This document shows positions 46,579-55,905 of a DNA stretch of 64,000 nucleotides, one piece after another; the first letter of the stretch is position 1, and every line of letters begins with the position of its first letter. Both the position numbers and the translations under genes were made by a program. Source of the stretch: a bacterium. GTDB taxonomy: Bacteria > Patescibacteriota > Minisyncoccia > JAHIHE01. The notes beneath the pieces are model-generated. The model had not been told where the DNA came from. It made no database searches and saw nothing but the letters and a program-made list of their open reading frames with translations. The stretch is taken from the NCBI GenBank assembly GCA_030693205.1, contig JAUYBG010000010.1, positions 66,059 to 130,058 on the forward strand, in the 5' to 3' direction.

Positions 46579-47118
46579 TTATTTTTCTCCCCCAAAACCA
46601 ATTCTCTTTTGAGGATTGTTTTCTTTTTCTTTAAAAAGTTTTCTTAAGGTATCAAAAACGATTTTAAAACTTTTATCATATTTCTTTTCCAGTCCTTCAA
46701 TTTTAATTCTCAGTTCGCGATTAGTCGCAATCATTTCTTTTAACTTAATGAAAGTTTTGATAATTTGAATATTTACTTGTATTGCTCTTTTGCTATTCAA
46801 AACACTGGAGAGCATAGCAACTCCATGCTCAGTAAAAACCAAAGGCGCTTTTCTTGTTCCGCCCCAACTTGATGTCCCAATTTGGGATATCAAAAATTGC
46901 GATTGCCAAATTTCAACTTCTTTTTTATTAAGCTGAAACATAAATTCTTCTGGAAATCTATCCATATTTCTACGAACAACCCGATTAAGAATTCTCGTTT
47001 CCACCCCATAAAGCTCTGCCAAATCCCTATCAAATATAACTTTCTTGCCTCTGATAAAAAATATTTTACTCTCTATCGTTTCATTAACCAAGATAATTGA
47101 TTGATCTTTTGACGGCAT
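46579..47118 (-). CDS. ORF6N (KilA-N-related) DNA-binding domain protein
   Basis: IRG.KV..DRDLAELYGVET..LN..V.RN..RFP..FMFQL, FTEHGVAMLSSVLNS, RIGF. Confidence 0.9.
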   Translation of the reverse strand: MPSKDQSIILVNETIESKIFFIRGKKVIFDRDLAELYGVETRILNRVVRRNMDRFPEEFMFQLNKKEVEIWQSQFLISQIGTSSWGGTRKAPLVFTEHGVAMLSSVLNSKRAIQVNIQIIKTFIKLKEMIATNRELRIKIEGLEKKYDKSFKIVFDTLRKLFKEKENNPQKRIGFGGEK

Positions 47119-47166
47119 AAATTTTAAAAAATATTAAAATTAAAATTCGGCGCGCCCCGTACAAAG

Positions 47167-47250
47167 TGCTGGGAGGGAGATTTGAACTCCCAAGGGATTG
47201 CTCCCAATGGCTCCTAAGGCCATCGCGTATGCCAGTTCCGCCATCCCAGC
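47167..47250 (-). tRNA. tRNA-Leu (TAG)
   Basis: GCTGGGA acceptor; anticodon arm atggc-ctTAGga-gccat; long variable arm; GTTCAAATC T-loop. Confidence 0.95.
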
Positions 47251-47352
47251 ACTTTAAACGGGGTAAATATGCCCTTTTCCGCCACGGGGGCAACTAATAA
47301 CCCGCTCTATAGCGGGTATAATAGCAACTTTCCTGCAAATTATCAAGTAAAA

Positions 47353-47805
47353 TTATTCGATCTTGAACGGACTTGCCGGGTCTTTTTCCCAGCGAATTTC
47401 GTCAACTTCGCTTTTTTTATCAACCCCTGCATAAAGTTTATCAGGCAAATTTACGCACCACCCGTCAACATCGGAAATACATTTATACCCATGCACTACT
47501 CCGGGAGGAACCAATACGGCTGTTTGATTATCTTGGCCGCCTTCTATTTCCAGTTTTTCTTTATAAGTCGGGCTATCGGCCCTATTATCCCATAAATATA
47601 TCCTGAATTTGCCGGGTCCGATAAAAACAAACAGGTCCGATTGCTCTTTATGCTCATGCGGACCTCGCGCAACGCCCGGCTTTGTCGATGAAATATAGCT
47701 CATTGCCGGCGCATATTTTATTTCGTCATTGCGATAAATTTCCACCAGCCATCCCCGAACATCTTCATTCTTCTTCAATTTTTTGATTACCACTCCTTCG
47801 ATCAT
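47353..47805 (-). CDS. dTDP-4-dehydrorhamnose 3,5-epimerase family (RmlC-like cupin)
   Basis: D.RG...E, GVARGPH.H..Q.D, D.R.DSPT, VPPGVVHGY. Confidence 0.85.
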   Translation of the reverse strand: MIEGVVIKKLKKNEDVRGWLVEIYRNDEIKYAPAMSYISSTKPGVARGPHEHKEQSDLFVFIGPGKFRIYLWDNRADSPTYKEKLEIEGGQDNQTAVLVPPGVVHGYKCISDVDGWCVNLPDKLYAGVDKKSEVDEIRWEKDPASPFKIE

Positions 47806-47810
47806 ATTTT

Positions 47811-48869
47811 TTAGCTCCCGATGACTTGGCGGATAAAATCCTTAAACTCATCAACTCCGATAAAAATATTGCCGGCCCTGTCTTTTTCATTAATAATATT
47901 TATTCCAATCATTTTGCCTTTATTGTCAACCAAAGGACCGCTGCCAAAATACGCGTCGGACGGATTATTGTCTATGCTGATTATTCCATTGGCGCCACGC
48001 TCGGAAATAATTCCGGAAAAAACATTATTTCCCAAAGCGACAACCCTTTCCCCGACTTCCGCGTTTATCGAATCGCCCAACGCCACCACCGGCAAATTCT
48101 TCGCTTTAATTTTTAAAATTACCATATTGCCTTTTACTGTTCCACCGACAGCCTTGTCAACCGCGTCGTAAAAAGTGATGTTTTCCGAACCGGAAACCGT
48201 AAATTCTTTTCCGCCATAACTTACCGTATAATTCACTTCGGTAAAATCGTTTTTGGCCAAATCGATCTTAAAATTCTCGGGATCCCGCGTCAAAATCAAA
48301 CCATCGCTCGTAATAATAACTCCGTTAAAGTTTCGGTTTTCAATGCTTGTTTTCGGCTTTACGCCGGCTTTTATTTTGGCAGCTGAAAGTTTTTCTCGAA
48401 ATACGTAATTTGCCGTGATCTTAACCACCGATGGGCTCACTTTTCTGATGCTTTCCAAAATAGCCGAATCATCGGAAATTATTACATTGTTTGTTTGATT
48501 GATAATACTGGTGCGGTCGTTAACAGATTTGAAAAAAGCATAATTATTAAACGGCGCTTGCGCTGCCAACTTCGGCATTATTGATTGTTCCATCCAGACC
48601 CCGCCGGCTCCGCCAAGAAAAAAAATCAATAAAAAGAACGCCAGCTGATTCAATCTTTTTATCAGTCCTTGCGGCTTATATTGATTATCGGTCGGGATAA
48701 AGATCGGATTATTCGCCCCTCGGTTGTTTCCAACCAAAAACTCTTCCATTTTTTTATCTCTGTCTTCTTCTCCGGTGTTCTGTCCGAATTCTTCGCTCTT
48801 AACTGAAGTTATTTTTATATCGTTTGTATCTTTCACCCCGTTAGAAAATTTCTGTTTTTGAATATCCAT
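47811..48869 (-). CDS. HtrA/trypsin-like membrane protein with degenerate catalytic motifs
   Basis: KVSPSVV.I, GVIITSDGLILT, LPV..LGDS, GPLVD..G..IGIN; His and GNSGG motifs not retained. Confidence 0.75.
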   Translation of the reverse strand: MDIQKQKFSNGVKDTNDIKITSVKSEEFGQNTGEEDRDKKMEEFLVGNNRGANNPIFIPTDNQYKPQGLIKRLNQLAFFLLIFFLGGAGGVWMEQSIMPKLAAQAPFNNYAFFKSVNDRTSIINQTNNVIISDDSAILESIRKVSPSVVKITANYVFREKLSAAKIKAGVKPKTSIENRNFNGVIITSDGLILTRDPENFKIDLAKNDFTEVNYTVSYGGKEFTVSGSENITFYDAVDKAVGGTVKGNMVILKIKAKNLPVVALGDSINAEVGERVVALGNNVFSGIISERGANGIISIDNNPSDAYFGSGPLVDNKGKMIGINIINEKDRAGNIFIGVDEFKDFIRQVIGS

Positions 48870-48936
48870 AATAATTTATATGCTTAAATTTGATTATTCT
48901 AATCTTTGTTAAAAAATATAATTTCTAACGGGGTTC
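48832..48936. repeat. CCCCGTTAGAAA-ended element spanning a gene stop and the next gene start
   Basis: ttcaccccgttagaaa ... tttctaacggggttca. Confidence 0.8.
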
Positions 48937-49735
48937 ATAGAGGAAGCCATTTGGTATAATTAAAAATTATAATTATTATTAATGCTGCGAATGCCAATTC
49001 GGCTATCACATATTTTTTTTCAAACCGGCCAAAAAGATATTCTTTCAAAACAGATATGATCGTATAGTAAATTATAGTGATTATAAACGCCGCTGTCAAA
49101 TAACCAAAAGGCCAAAAACCCACTATCCAGCTTATCTGACCGATAACCAATCCGCTCGTCCAGGCATAAAGCAAAAATTCTTGATTAAGATCGGCCTTGT
49201 CTGAAATAGAATAGACTTTTAAAACAAAAGAGGACAAAAAGAAAGTAATGGAAAAAATCACCAGCAGCGTAATATAAAAAGGCAGGCCCAAGACCGAATA
49301 AATAATAAAAGCATCGGTATACCAAATAAAAGCGACCAAAAAAAGAAGCGCTAAAATCAAGTTTCTTGCGAACTCGTATTTTTTAATAAAATCCTGCGAA
49401 TCTTCTCCGGTAATATTCGGCAATATTTTATACAGCGAAGAAAAATAATTACTGACGCAAAAAGCAATAAAAAAAACTCCGCCGGTGACAAATAAAAATC
49501 CCTTGCCGATAATTTCGCCTGGCGTCAGATAGAAAAATAAAAACCATCCGATAATAAAAAGAAAAGGCAGCCGCGCCAAAGTAAAGCTTTGCCCCCCGAC
49601 GCTCAAAGACAGGAAAAAGCTCGCTCCCAAAAACAATACCCCGATAAAAAAATCGGAAATATTGGTTATCAATAAGAGTTCAATGATCGCCACAAGCAAA
49701 ACCGAGAAAAAAATATTTTTGATAATATAATTCAT
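48935..49735 (-). CDS. Polytopic membrane protein (DUF5656-like)
   Basis: About 8 TM segments, W...FWP motif. Confidence 0.6.
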   Translation of the reverse strand: MNYIIKNIFFSVLLVAIIELLLITNISDFFIGVLFLGASFFLSLSVGGQSFTLARLPFLFIIGWFLFFYLTPGEIIGKGFLFVTGGVFFIAFCVSNYFSSLYKILPNITGEDSQDFIKKYEFARNLILALLFLVAFIWYTDAFIIYSVLGLPFYITLLVIFSITFFLSSFVLKVYSISDKADLNQEFLLYAWTSGLVIGQISWIVGFWPFGYLTAAFIITIIYYTIISVLKEYLFGRFEKKYVIAELAFAALIIIIIFNYTKWLPL

Positions 49736-49796
49736 TGCTAAAAGATTTTGATGTTTGTCTTAAAACCCTTCAAAAAACTCGGTATAACATTAAATT

Positions 49797-49820
49797 GTCA
49801 TGGTGAGCCTGTCGAACCAT
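49797..49820. repeat. Single GTCA-hairpin unit
   Basis: gtcatggtgagcctgtcgaaccat is the reverse complement of 1133-1156. Confidence 0.85.
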
Positions 49821-49823
49821 ATT

Positions 49824-50117
49824 TCATTTTACTGCTTCTTTATTAAAATTACCCAATCCTCCTAAAATCAGTAATAATCCCCCGATTACATAAGACCATT
49901 TTTTAAGGATTGGCGGATCATACGTTATATATTTTATTCGGTAATAGATATAGCCAGATGCCACTATAAAAACTAAACCAAGAGGCCAAACAGGAGAAAC
50001 CAACATAACAATACCCATAATTCCCCAAAAAATGATTAAAATTTTGAGAAAAGAACGCCCAATTCCCATAGTAGCTATTTTTTCTTTCTCAAGTTGCTTT
50101 TGCAAGAAATTTTTCAT
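49824..50117 (-). CDS. Small membrane protein, hypothetical
   Basis: Three hydrophobic segments. Confidence 0.55.
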   Translation of the reverse strand: MKNFLQKQLEKEKIATMGIGRSFLKILIIFWGIMGIVMLVSPVWPLGLVFIVASGYIYYRIKYITYDPPILKKWSYVIGGLLLILGGLGNFNKEAVK

Positions 50118-50230
50118 ATTTTTTACATTTTTAAATTAATTAATATTATGAATATTCCAATTTTATTTCTTCTTCCTATGCCCCCCAATCGCCTCGTGCA
50201 GAGCTTCAACGGAGAGATAAAACATTTCAC

Positions 50231-51280
50231 CTATTTATTAGACTCATTTTTTGCCCTATCGACCATAAACTTTACCGCTTCATTCATATTTTCTTCCTCA
50301 AGTTTGATATCCGGATGTTTTTGCTTAAATACTCTGAATATCTCATCGGCAAATGCCTGACCAACCATAGGTACCTTATCAAAATCAAATAAGATAACTT
50401 TAAATTTTTCCAAGCCTGACAAAATTCGGCGCGCCTGCGAACGAGAAACATGAATGCCGCCAACAACATAAAGCTTAACTCGTATTTCTGTTTTATCAAA
50501 TCCATGATCGCTACCATTGCCAATATTAGTATATTCTTTAAAAATATCATTCAAATGTCGGCTTGAAGCTATGTTTATCTTAAAAATAACTCCAGTGCCT
50601 TTTTTAATTTTCTTTACTTTTTGGACAAATACATCGGGAAGCTTATTATTAAAAATCAATCTATAACCGTAACTATCTAAAATAAATTCATCGGCTGACC
50701 TCGAAGTGAAAAAAATTCCTTCGCCGGAATGCGACTTGGGCATAGTGGTTGTTTTACCTTTTAAAATATCTTGTATTGCTTCAAGCTCTGAATTTAAATG
50801 TTTTTTTTGCATCACGCTTCTCCAAACCCCCATACCTGAATCTTTCACCATAAAAGACAAAACGCCATCGCGAATCAAAACTTCTACTGTAATAATCTTA
50901 GATCGTGAATGTTCAATCGCATTATTCAACATTTCAGAAAAAGCATAAGTAAAAATGCTTCGCACGTTTTCCGGCAACTTAGAAAGCAGAGGCGATTTTT
51001 TTTCAACTTCATCCAGAACTTTGTGCTCTTCCAACGATACATTTTTAAATGATTTTATAAAGCGCACAGGAAAAATCTCTTGGTGTTTTTGGGCATATTC
51101 GGGCAATACATAAAAAGCCTTTCTGGTCGAACCGATCTTTATAAGTTTATTTTTCGATACGAGCAAACCTATGATGCTATTCACATATTGCCTGGAAACG
51201 CCAAAAGAAGCGGTTATATCCTTGCTTACCACTTTTCCCTTTGTTTTCGCTATTTCCAAGATCTTTTCTCCTGTTAACAT
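50231..51280 (-). CDS. wHTH + HATPase + STAS-like (DUF4325) protein
   Basis: FGVSRQYV (HTH); EMLNNAIEHS, D.G.G, GEGIFF (GHKL); SRSQARR...DF..V..VGQAFADEIFRV. Confidence 0.85.
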   Translation of the reverse strand: MLTGEKILEIAKTKGKVVSKDITASFGVSRQYVNSIIGLLVSKNKLIKIGSTRKAFYVLPEYAQKHQEIFPVRFIKSFKNVSLEEHKVLDEVEKKSPLLSKLPENVRSIFTYAFSEMLNNAIEHSRSKIITVEVLIRDGVLSFMVKDSGMGVWRSVMQKKHLNSELEAIQDILKGKTTTMPKSHSGEGIFFTSRSADEFILDSYGYRLIFNNKLPDVFVQKVKKIKKGTGVIFKINIASSRHLNDIFKEYTNIGNGSDHGFDKTEIRVKLYVVGGIHVSRSQARRILSGLEKFKVILFDFDKVPMVGQAFADEIFRVFKQKHPDIKLEEENMNEAVKFMVDRAKNESNK

Positions 51281-51306
51281 ATTTTAATTCAACTGATTGT
51301 AAACTA

Positions 51307-51384
51307 ATTATAAACCAATAATATTTAATTGTCAAGTGATTGACAAGTGACCTAGAAACAATTGTCAAGTGATTGACAAGTGAC
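51307..51384 (-). promoter_or_regulatory. Consensus sigma70 promoter overlapped by a duplicated palindromic operator-like site
   Basis: TTGACA-17-TATAAT (51335-51307); exact 25-bp repeat aattgtcaagtgattgacaagtgac at 51327 and 51360. Confidence 0.75.
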
Positions 51385-51440
51385 ATTTACCCAATAAAAA
51401 ACATGGAAACTCAGTCTCCATGTTAGTAAAAAACTCTTTG

Positions 51441-51860
51441 TTATTTCTTCTTCCTGTATTCCTCTATCGCCTTATGCAGAGCTTCGGCAGCCAGATTTGA
51501 GCAATGCATCTTGATCGGCGGCAAACTGCCAAGCTCATCCGCCACTTGCATTCTCGTGATCTTCATTGCGTCTTCCAAAGTTTTTCCCATAGCCAATTCA
51601 GTCACCATTGAAGAAGTGGCGATCGCGGCCGCGCAACCAAGAGTTTCAAATTTGATGTCTTTGATAAACTCTTCGGTTTTGCTTGCTTCGACTCGTACTC
51701 GAGGCGAGCCGGCTACCTTTCTTTTCCCGATCTTAAGATAAATTGTCATTAAATCCCCGCAAACGGGATTTCCCGCCTCGCCCGCCGCGTCCGGGTTTTT
51801 CATTTTCCCAATATTACGAGGGTGGGTAAAATGATCGATGACTTTTGATGAATAAACCAT
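51441..51860 (-). CDS. iscU: Fe-S cluster scaffold IscU/NifU-N
   Basis: YS.KV.DHF..PRN.G, GNPVCGD, GCAAAIA, PPIKMHCSNLA. Confidence 0.93.
   Translation of the reverse strand: MVYSSKVIDHFTHPRNIGKMKNPDAAGEAGNPVCGDLMTIYLKIGKRKVAGSPRVRVEASKTEEFIKDIKFETLGCAAAIATSSMVTELAMGKTLEDAMKITRMQVADELGSLPPIKMHCSNLAAEALHKAIEEYRKKK
51682..51708. repeat. 27-bp hairpin element in frame in iscU
   Basis: Reverse complement ctcgcctcgagtacgagtcgaagcaag resembles 57617-57645; encodes SPRVRVEAS. Confidence 0.8.
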
Positions 51861-51871
51861 AGGTTTAACAA

Positions 51872-51997
51872 ATTTTCAATTTACAATTCTCAATTTTCAA
51901 TCAAATCCCAATGAATCAATTTTCAAACATTCAATTAAAATTGAAAATTAAAACATTGAAAATTCATTGTAAATTGGTACTTGATGCTTGAAAATTA
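51872..51997. repeat. Degenerate heptamer repeat tract in inverted arrangement
   Basis: (ATTTTCA)-like units followed by (TTGAAAA)-like units. Confidence 0.65.
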
Positions 51998-52002
51998 AAT
52001 TA

Positions 52003-53859
52003 TTACTTCTTCATTATCTCAATAAATACGCTTTGCGGGATTTCCACGCGACCCATCGCTTTCATTTTTTTCTTGCCTTTCTTTTGCTTTTCAAGTAATT
52101 TGTTCTTTCTAGTCACATCTCCGCCGTAAAGTTTTTTGGTCACATCTTTCCGGTAAGGACTGATCGTTTCGCGCGCGATGATCTTTCCTCCGATCGCCGC
52201 CTGGATCGGAATGACGAATTGCGAACGAGGAATTGCTTCTTTTAATTTTGCCGCCATGGCGCGGCCGATCTCCATCGCCGATTTTTCCACGACAATCCTC
52301 GAAAATGCCTCAACCTTGTCTCCTCCTACCAGTATATCCAAGCGCACCAGATCGCCTCTGCGCCAACCGATAATGTCGTAGCTCATGGAAGCAAAACCGG
52401 AACTGACTGATTTTAAATTATCGTGAAGATCAGTGATGATATTGGCCAGAGGAGCTTCATACTGGATGATCACATGAGCATCGTTGATATAATCGGTTTT
52501 TATATAAATGCCGCGGATAGATTCCATTAAGGTCATTACTTTCCCAATATAATCCGCCGGTGTGATCACGTCAACTTTCGCCCACGGCTCATGCATTTCG
52601 GCGATCACTTCGGGCAGCGGCAAATGGCTCGCGGAAAAGATCTCTTCCAGCTCGCCCTTCTCGCTATTCCTTCTCTTTATTTTATAAATTACGCTTGGCG
52701 CTGTCAAGATGAAATTAATATTGTATTCCCGCTTGATGCGCTCCGCCATAATTTCCAAATGTAACAATCCCAAAAACCCGCAACGAAAGCCTTTTCCCAG
52801 CACCGAGGAACTTTCCGGCTCAAAAGTAAAAGCAGCATCGGTCAATTTTAACTTGCTCAGCGCTTCCCGCAAATAAAAATAGTCATCACCTTCGGCCGGA
52901 TAAAAACTGGCATAAACTACCGGTTTGGGCTCATGATAACCCGGCAACGGCTCGATTGTCTGATTGTTTTGAATATCTTGATCTTCCTTTTCTTCCTTAT
53001 GTTTTCCGCTCTCCGCTTTCAAACTTGTGATCGTATCGCCGGCCCGGCACTTTTCGATCGCTTTCAACCCCGTCGCGATCCAACCAATTTCTCCGCTGGT
53101 CAAATTATCTTTCTTTTTTAATTCCGGAATAAAAATCCCGGTTTCCAAAACATCGCCCTTAGCGCCTGACGCCATCAAATAAACAGAATCTTCAGCGCGA
53201 ACAACCCCGTCAACAATTTTTACGTAAGCAATCACGCCTTTGAAGGTGTCGTAATATGAATCAAAGATCAGCGCGCGCAAAGGCTTGTCGTCATTATTCT
53301 TTGGCGAGGGTATTTCCCGGATAACCGTTTCCAGCACCTTATCCACTCCCATACCGCTTTTGGCGGAAATTTTCAAGATCGAATCGCTCTCGCAACCTAA
53401 TAATTTTACTATGTCTTTTTCCACCTGCTCCACGTTCGCCGTCGGCAGGTCAACTTTATTGATCACCGGAATAATCACCAAGTCTTGTTCCATGGCTAAA
53501 TATAAATTCGATAAAGTCTGCGCCTGAATTCCCTGTGTCGCGTCTACTAAAAGTATCGCGCCTTCCACGGCTGCCAAACTTCTTGAAACCTCATAATTGA
53601 AATCCACATGGCCTGGAGTATCAATCAGATCCAAAATATATTCCGTGCCGTTCAAAGAGTAATTCATCCTGACCGGCTGAAGTTTAATCGTAATCCCGCG
53701 CTCTTTCTCCAGATCCATGCTATCCAAATACTGTTCGGACATTTTTCTTTTATCAACTGTTCCGGTAATTTCCAATAACCGATCGGCCAAGGTCGATTTT
53801 CCATGGTCTATATGGGCCACAATTGAAAAGTTCCTAATGTTATTTTTTACTTCTGTCAT
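52003..53859 (-). CDS. lepA: Elongation factor 4
   Basis: IRNFSIVAHIDHGKSTLADR, DTPGHVDF, GFRCGFLGLLH, YGGDVTRK.KLLEKQK.GK; start likely 53859. Confidence 0.98.
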   Translation of the reverse strand: MTEVKNNIRNFSIVAHIDHGKSTLADRLLEITGTVDKRKMSEQYLDSMDLEKERGITIKLQPVRMNYSLNGTEYILDLIDTPGHVDFNYEVSRSLAAVEGAILLVDATQGIQAQTLSNLYLAMEQDLVIIPVINKVDLPTANVEQVEKDIVKLLGCESDSILKISAKSGMGVDKVLETVIREIPSPKNNDDKPLRALIFDSYYDTFKGVIAYVKIVDGVVRAEDSVYLMASGAKGDVLETGIFIPELKKKDNLTSGEIGWIATGLKAIEKCRAGDTITSLKAESGKHKEEKEDQDIQNNQTIEPLPGYHEPKPVVYASFYPAEGDDYFYLREALSKLKLTDAAFTFEPESSSVLGKGFRCGFLGLLHLEIMAERIKREYNINFILTAPSVIYKIKRRNSEKGELEEIFSASHLPLPEVIAEMHEPWAKVDVITPADYIGKVMTLMESIRGIYIKTDYINDAHVIIQYEAPLANIITDLHDNLKSVSSGFASMSYDIIGWRRGDLVRLDILVGGDKVEAFSRIVVEKSAMEIGRAMAAKLKEAIPRSQFVIPIQAAIGGKIIARETISPYRKDVTKKLYGGDVTRKNKLLEKQKKGKKKMKAMGRVEIPQSVFIEIMKK

Positions 53860-54673
53860 ATAAGTTTTGTAAACACTCATTTAGATTTCTTAATCTTTTT
53901 TTGTGTTTTAAGTATTTTTTAACTATATTTAATAAAATTATCAAAGATTCCTGCTTGCTTACCCTAATTCTCCAAAGATCTTTATTGTATTTATAACCAA
54001 AGATTTTATTATAAATTTGATTTTTTACCGCTATTCTGCTTGGCGCCGGACAATAAATTTTATTTTTTATAAACCAATCATAAAACCAAAAAATTATATT
54101 TTTATCATAACTATCTATTTTCAACCTCGCTCTACCGTCATAAACGCCAATATTACCTTCGGCATCAATATAGCCAGCGGCAAAAGCTGTAGAATAATTA
54201 TTATCTTGAGAAATCCAATCTTCAACCAAGTCTACCTTGGGCAATAAAAAATTAAAACTTTCATTTAAAAAACAATTTATATGATAAGATTTATTTTTTT
54301 TGTTTTCTGCGATGCTAACTTGTCCGTATTGGCAAAAAAGCGCCTTCATAATTTCAACCTGATCAATATTCGTAGTATGGCACCGAACAATTACCACCTC
54401 AGACAAATTTGTTGTTTTGTAAACATTTAAATCTCCTAATCTAAACCCAACGATATAGGCTTTTTCCTCGTTAGTGCCGGAAAAATTTTTCTTCTCATAT
54501 TTACTCTGTATAATAGACCTCGATAATGGTTCCATTCCATATTCTCTCATTCTATTCAATACGGTTTTAAAACTACAATTATATATATCCCCAATTTTAT
54601 ACTTGGATTTTTTTTCTTTATAATACAAGTTCTCTAGCTCTTTTTTGGAAATTATAATTTTTTTTCTACTCAT
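53840..54673 (-). CDS. Free-standing LAGLIDADG homing endonuclease-like protein with N-terminal HTH
   Basis: Two motifs AYIVGFRLGDL and FAAGYIDAEG; more AT-rich than neighbours; overlaps the lepA start. Confidence 0.85.
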   Translation of the reverse strand: MSRKKIIISKKELENLYYKEKKSKYKIGDIYNCSFKTVLNRMREYGMEPLSRSIIQSKYEKKNFSGTNEEKAYIVGFRLGDLNVYKTTNLSEVVIVRCHTTNIDQVEIMKALFCQYGQVSIAENKKNKSYHINCFLNESFNFLLPKVDLVEDWISQDNNYSTAFAAGYIDAEGNIGVYDGRARLKIDSYDKNIIFWFYDWFIKNKIYCPAPSRIAVKNQIYNKIFGYKYNKDLWRIRVSKQESLIILLNIVKKYLKHKKRLRNLNECLQNLYDRSKK

Positions 54674-54880
54674 ATTAAATTAATATAGCATAAATGTTTA
54701 AAATGTGCAACCATGCAAACCTACTATTGTTTTTACAGCTTTTGTGTTTTAAATTTGTAAAAACGCTTGGAATTTGATATTATAATTAAAAGTTGAAACC
54801 AGAAAGTTCGTATAATAATTGTTATCCAAGTATCGCTTCGATCACTAGCTAAACAAAATTATTAATTTAATTATTTTTTT

Positions 54881-55630
54881 ATGTCACAAATTACATGGTA
54901 CGAACCACTAGAAAAGATCACCCCTTTTGTATTTAAAATTAAAACGCCCAGCGGAATAGGCACAGGATTTCAAATTTCTTATATTGAAAGGAATGGATTT
55001 TGCGGGATTGCCACTGCTGACCACGTTATCGCTCATGAACATGAATAGGAAGAACCAATAAAAATTATCCATCACCAATCGGGTAAATCGCTACTTCTTA
55101 AAAGTTCCGACAGAGTAGTTTGGCGTTATCCAGACAAAGACCTTGCTTTCATTCTATTTCAAAAAAAGAGTTTGCCAATCTTACCTAAGCCCTTATCGCT
55201 AATTAGCAAAGGTCATACAGTGAAGCAAGGGGTAGAAGTAGGCTGGTGCGGATTTCCATCAGTAGCAATTGATCAGCTGTGTTTTTTTGCTGGCTACATT
55301 AGTTGTCCAATTCGACAAGAAGAATCTTATTTAGTAGACGGGGTTGCAATAAATGGTGTTAGTGGAGGACCGGCTTTTTATATTGATCCTCTAACCAAAG
55401 AACCCAAATTTTTTGGGGTCATATCTGCGTATCGCGCCAATAGAGCGACTGGTGAAGCTTTACCTGGATTATGTATAGTAAGATCTGTTAACTCTTACCA
55501 ATCCACACTCGAACAGATAAATTCTATTGAAGAAGCGAAACGCAAAGAAGAGGAAGAAAAGAAAAAGTTGGAAGAAGAAGCGAAACGCAAAGAAGAGGAA
55601 GAAAAGAAAAATAAATCCGTAAAAATATAA
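54881..55630 (+). pseudogene. Trypsin-like serine protease interrupted by an in-frame TAG
   Basis: ATG 54881, GTGF, TADH, TAG at 55046-55048, DLA, GVSGGP in one frame; 45-bp tandem duplication in the tail. Confidence 0.75.
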
Positions 55631-55905
55631 CATAACAAAAAAATAATTAAATTATTAATTCTATCTTGCCCTTTGGATTACGATACCTGAGATCTCTCGT
55701 TCACATTTAATACAGAACGAGCAACTTTACTTTTCCTTTCGATGGTTGCCCTTCACTCATACTAATTCTTCTTGCCAACATGTCGGCCGCAATATCAAAT
55801 ACACGCAAATATTATCTAAAAACATAAATTTAATCAATACAAAAAACCGCCTTCACCGGCGTTTTTTTTTGCCCAAGCGCACAATAGCAATTTTTAATAT
55901 TTTGG

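Noticed and set aside
46579-47250. Prophage or island integrated at tRNA-Leu (ORF6N gene adjacent)
   Set aside because: No integrase, no duplicated tRNA 3' end, and rsmE follows immediately.
53840-54673. Group I intron or intein carrying the LAGLIDADG domain
   Set aside because: lepA and dnaE are uninterrupted. No splicing motifs or intron core elements are recognisable.
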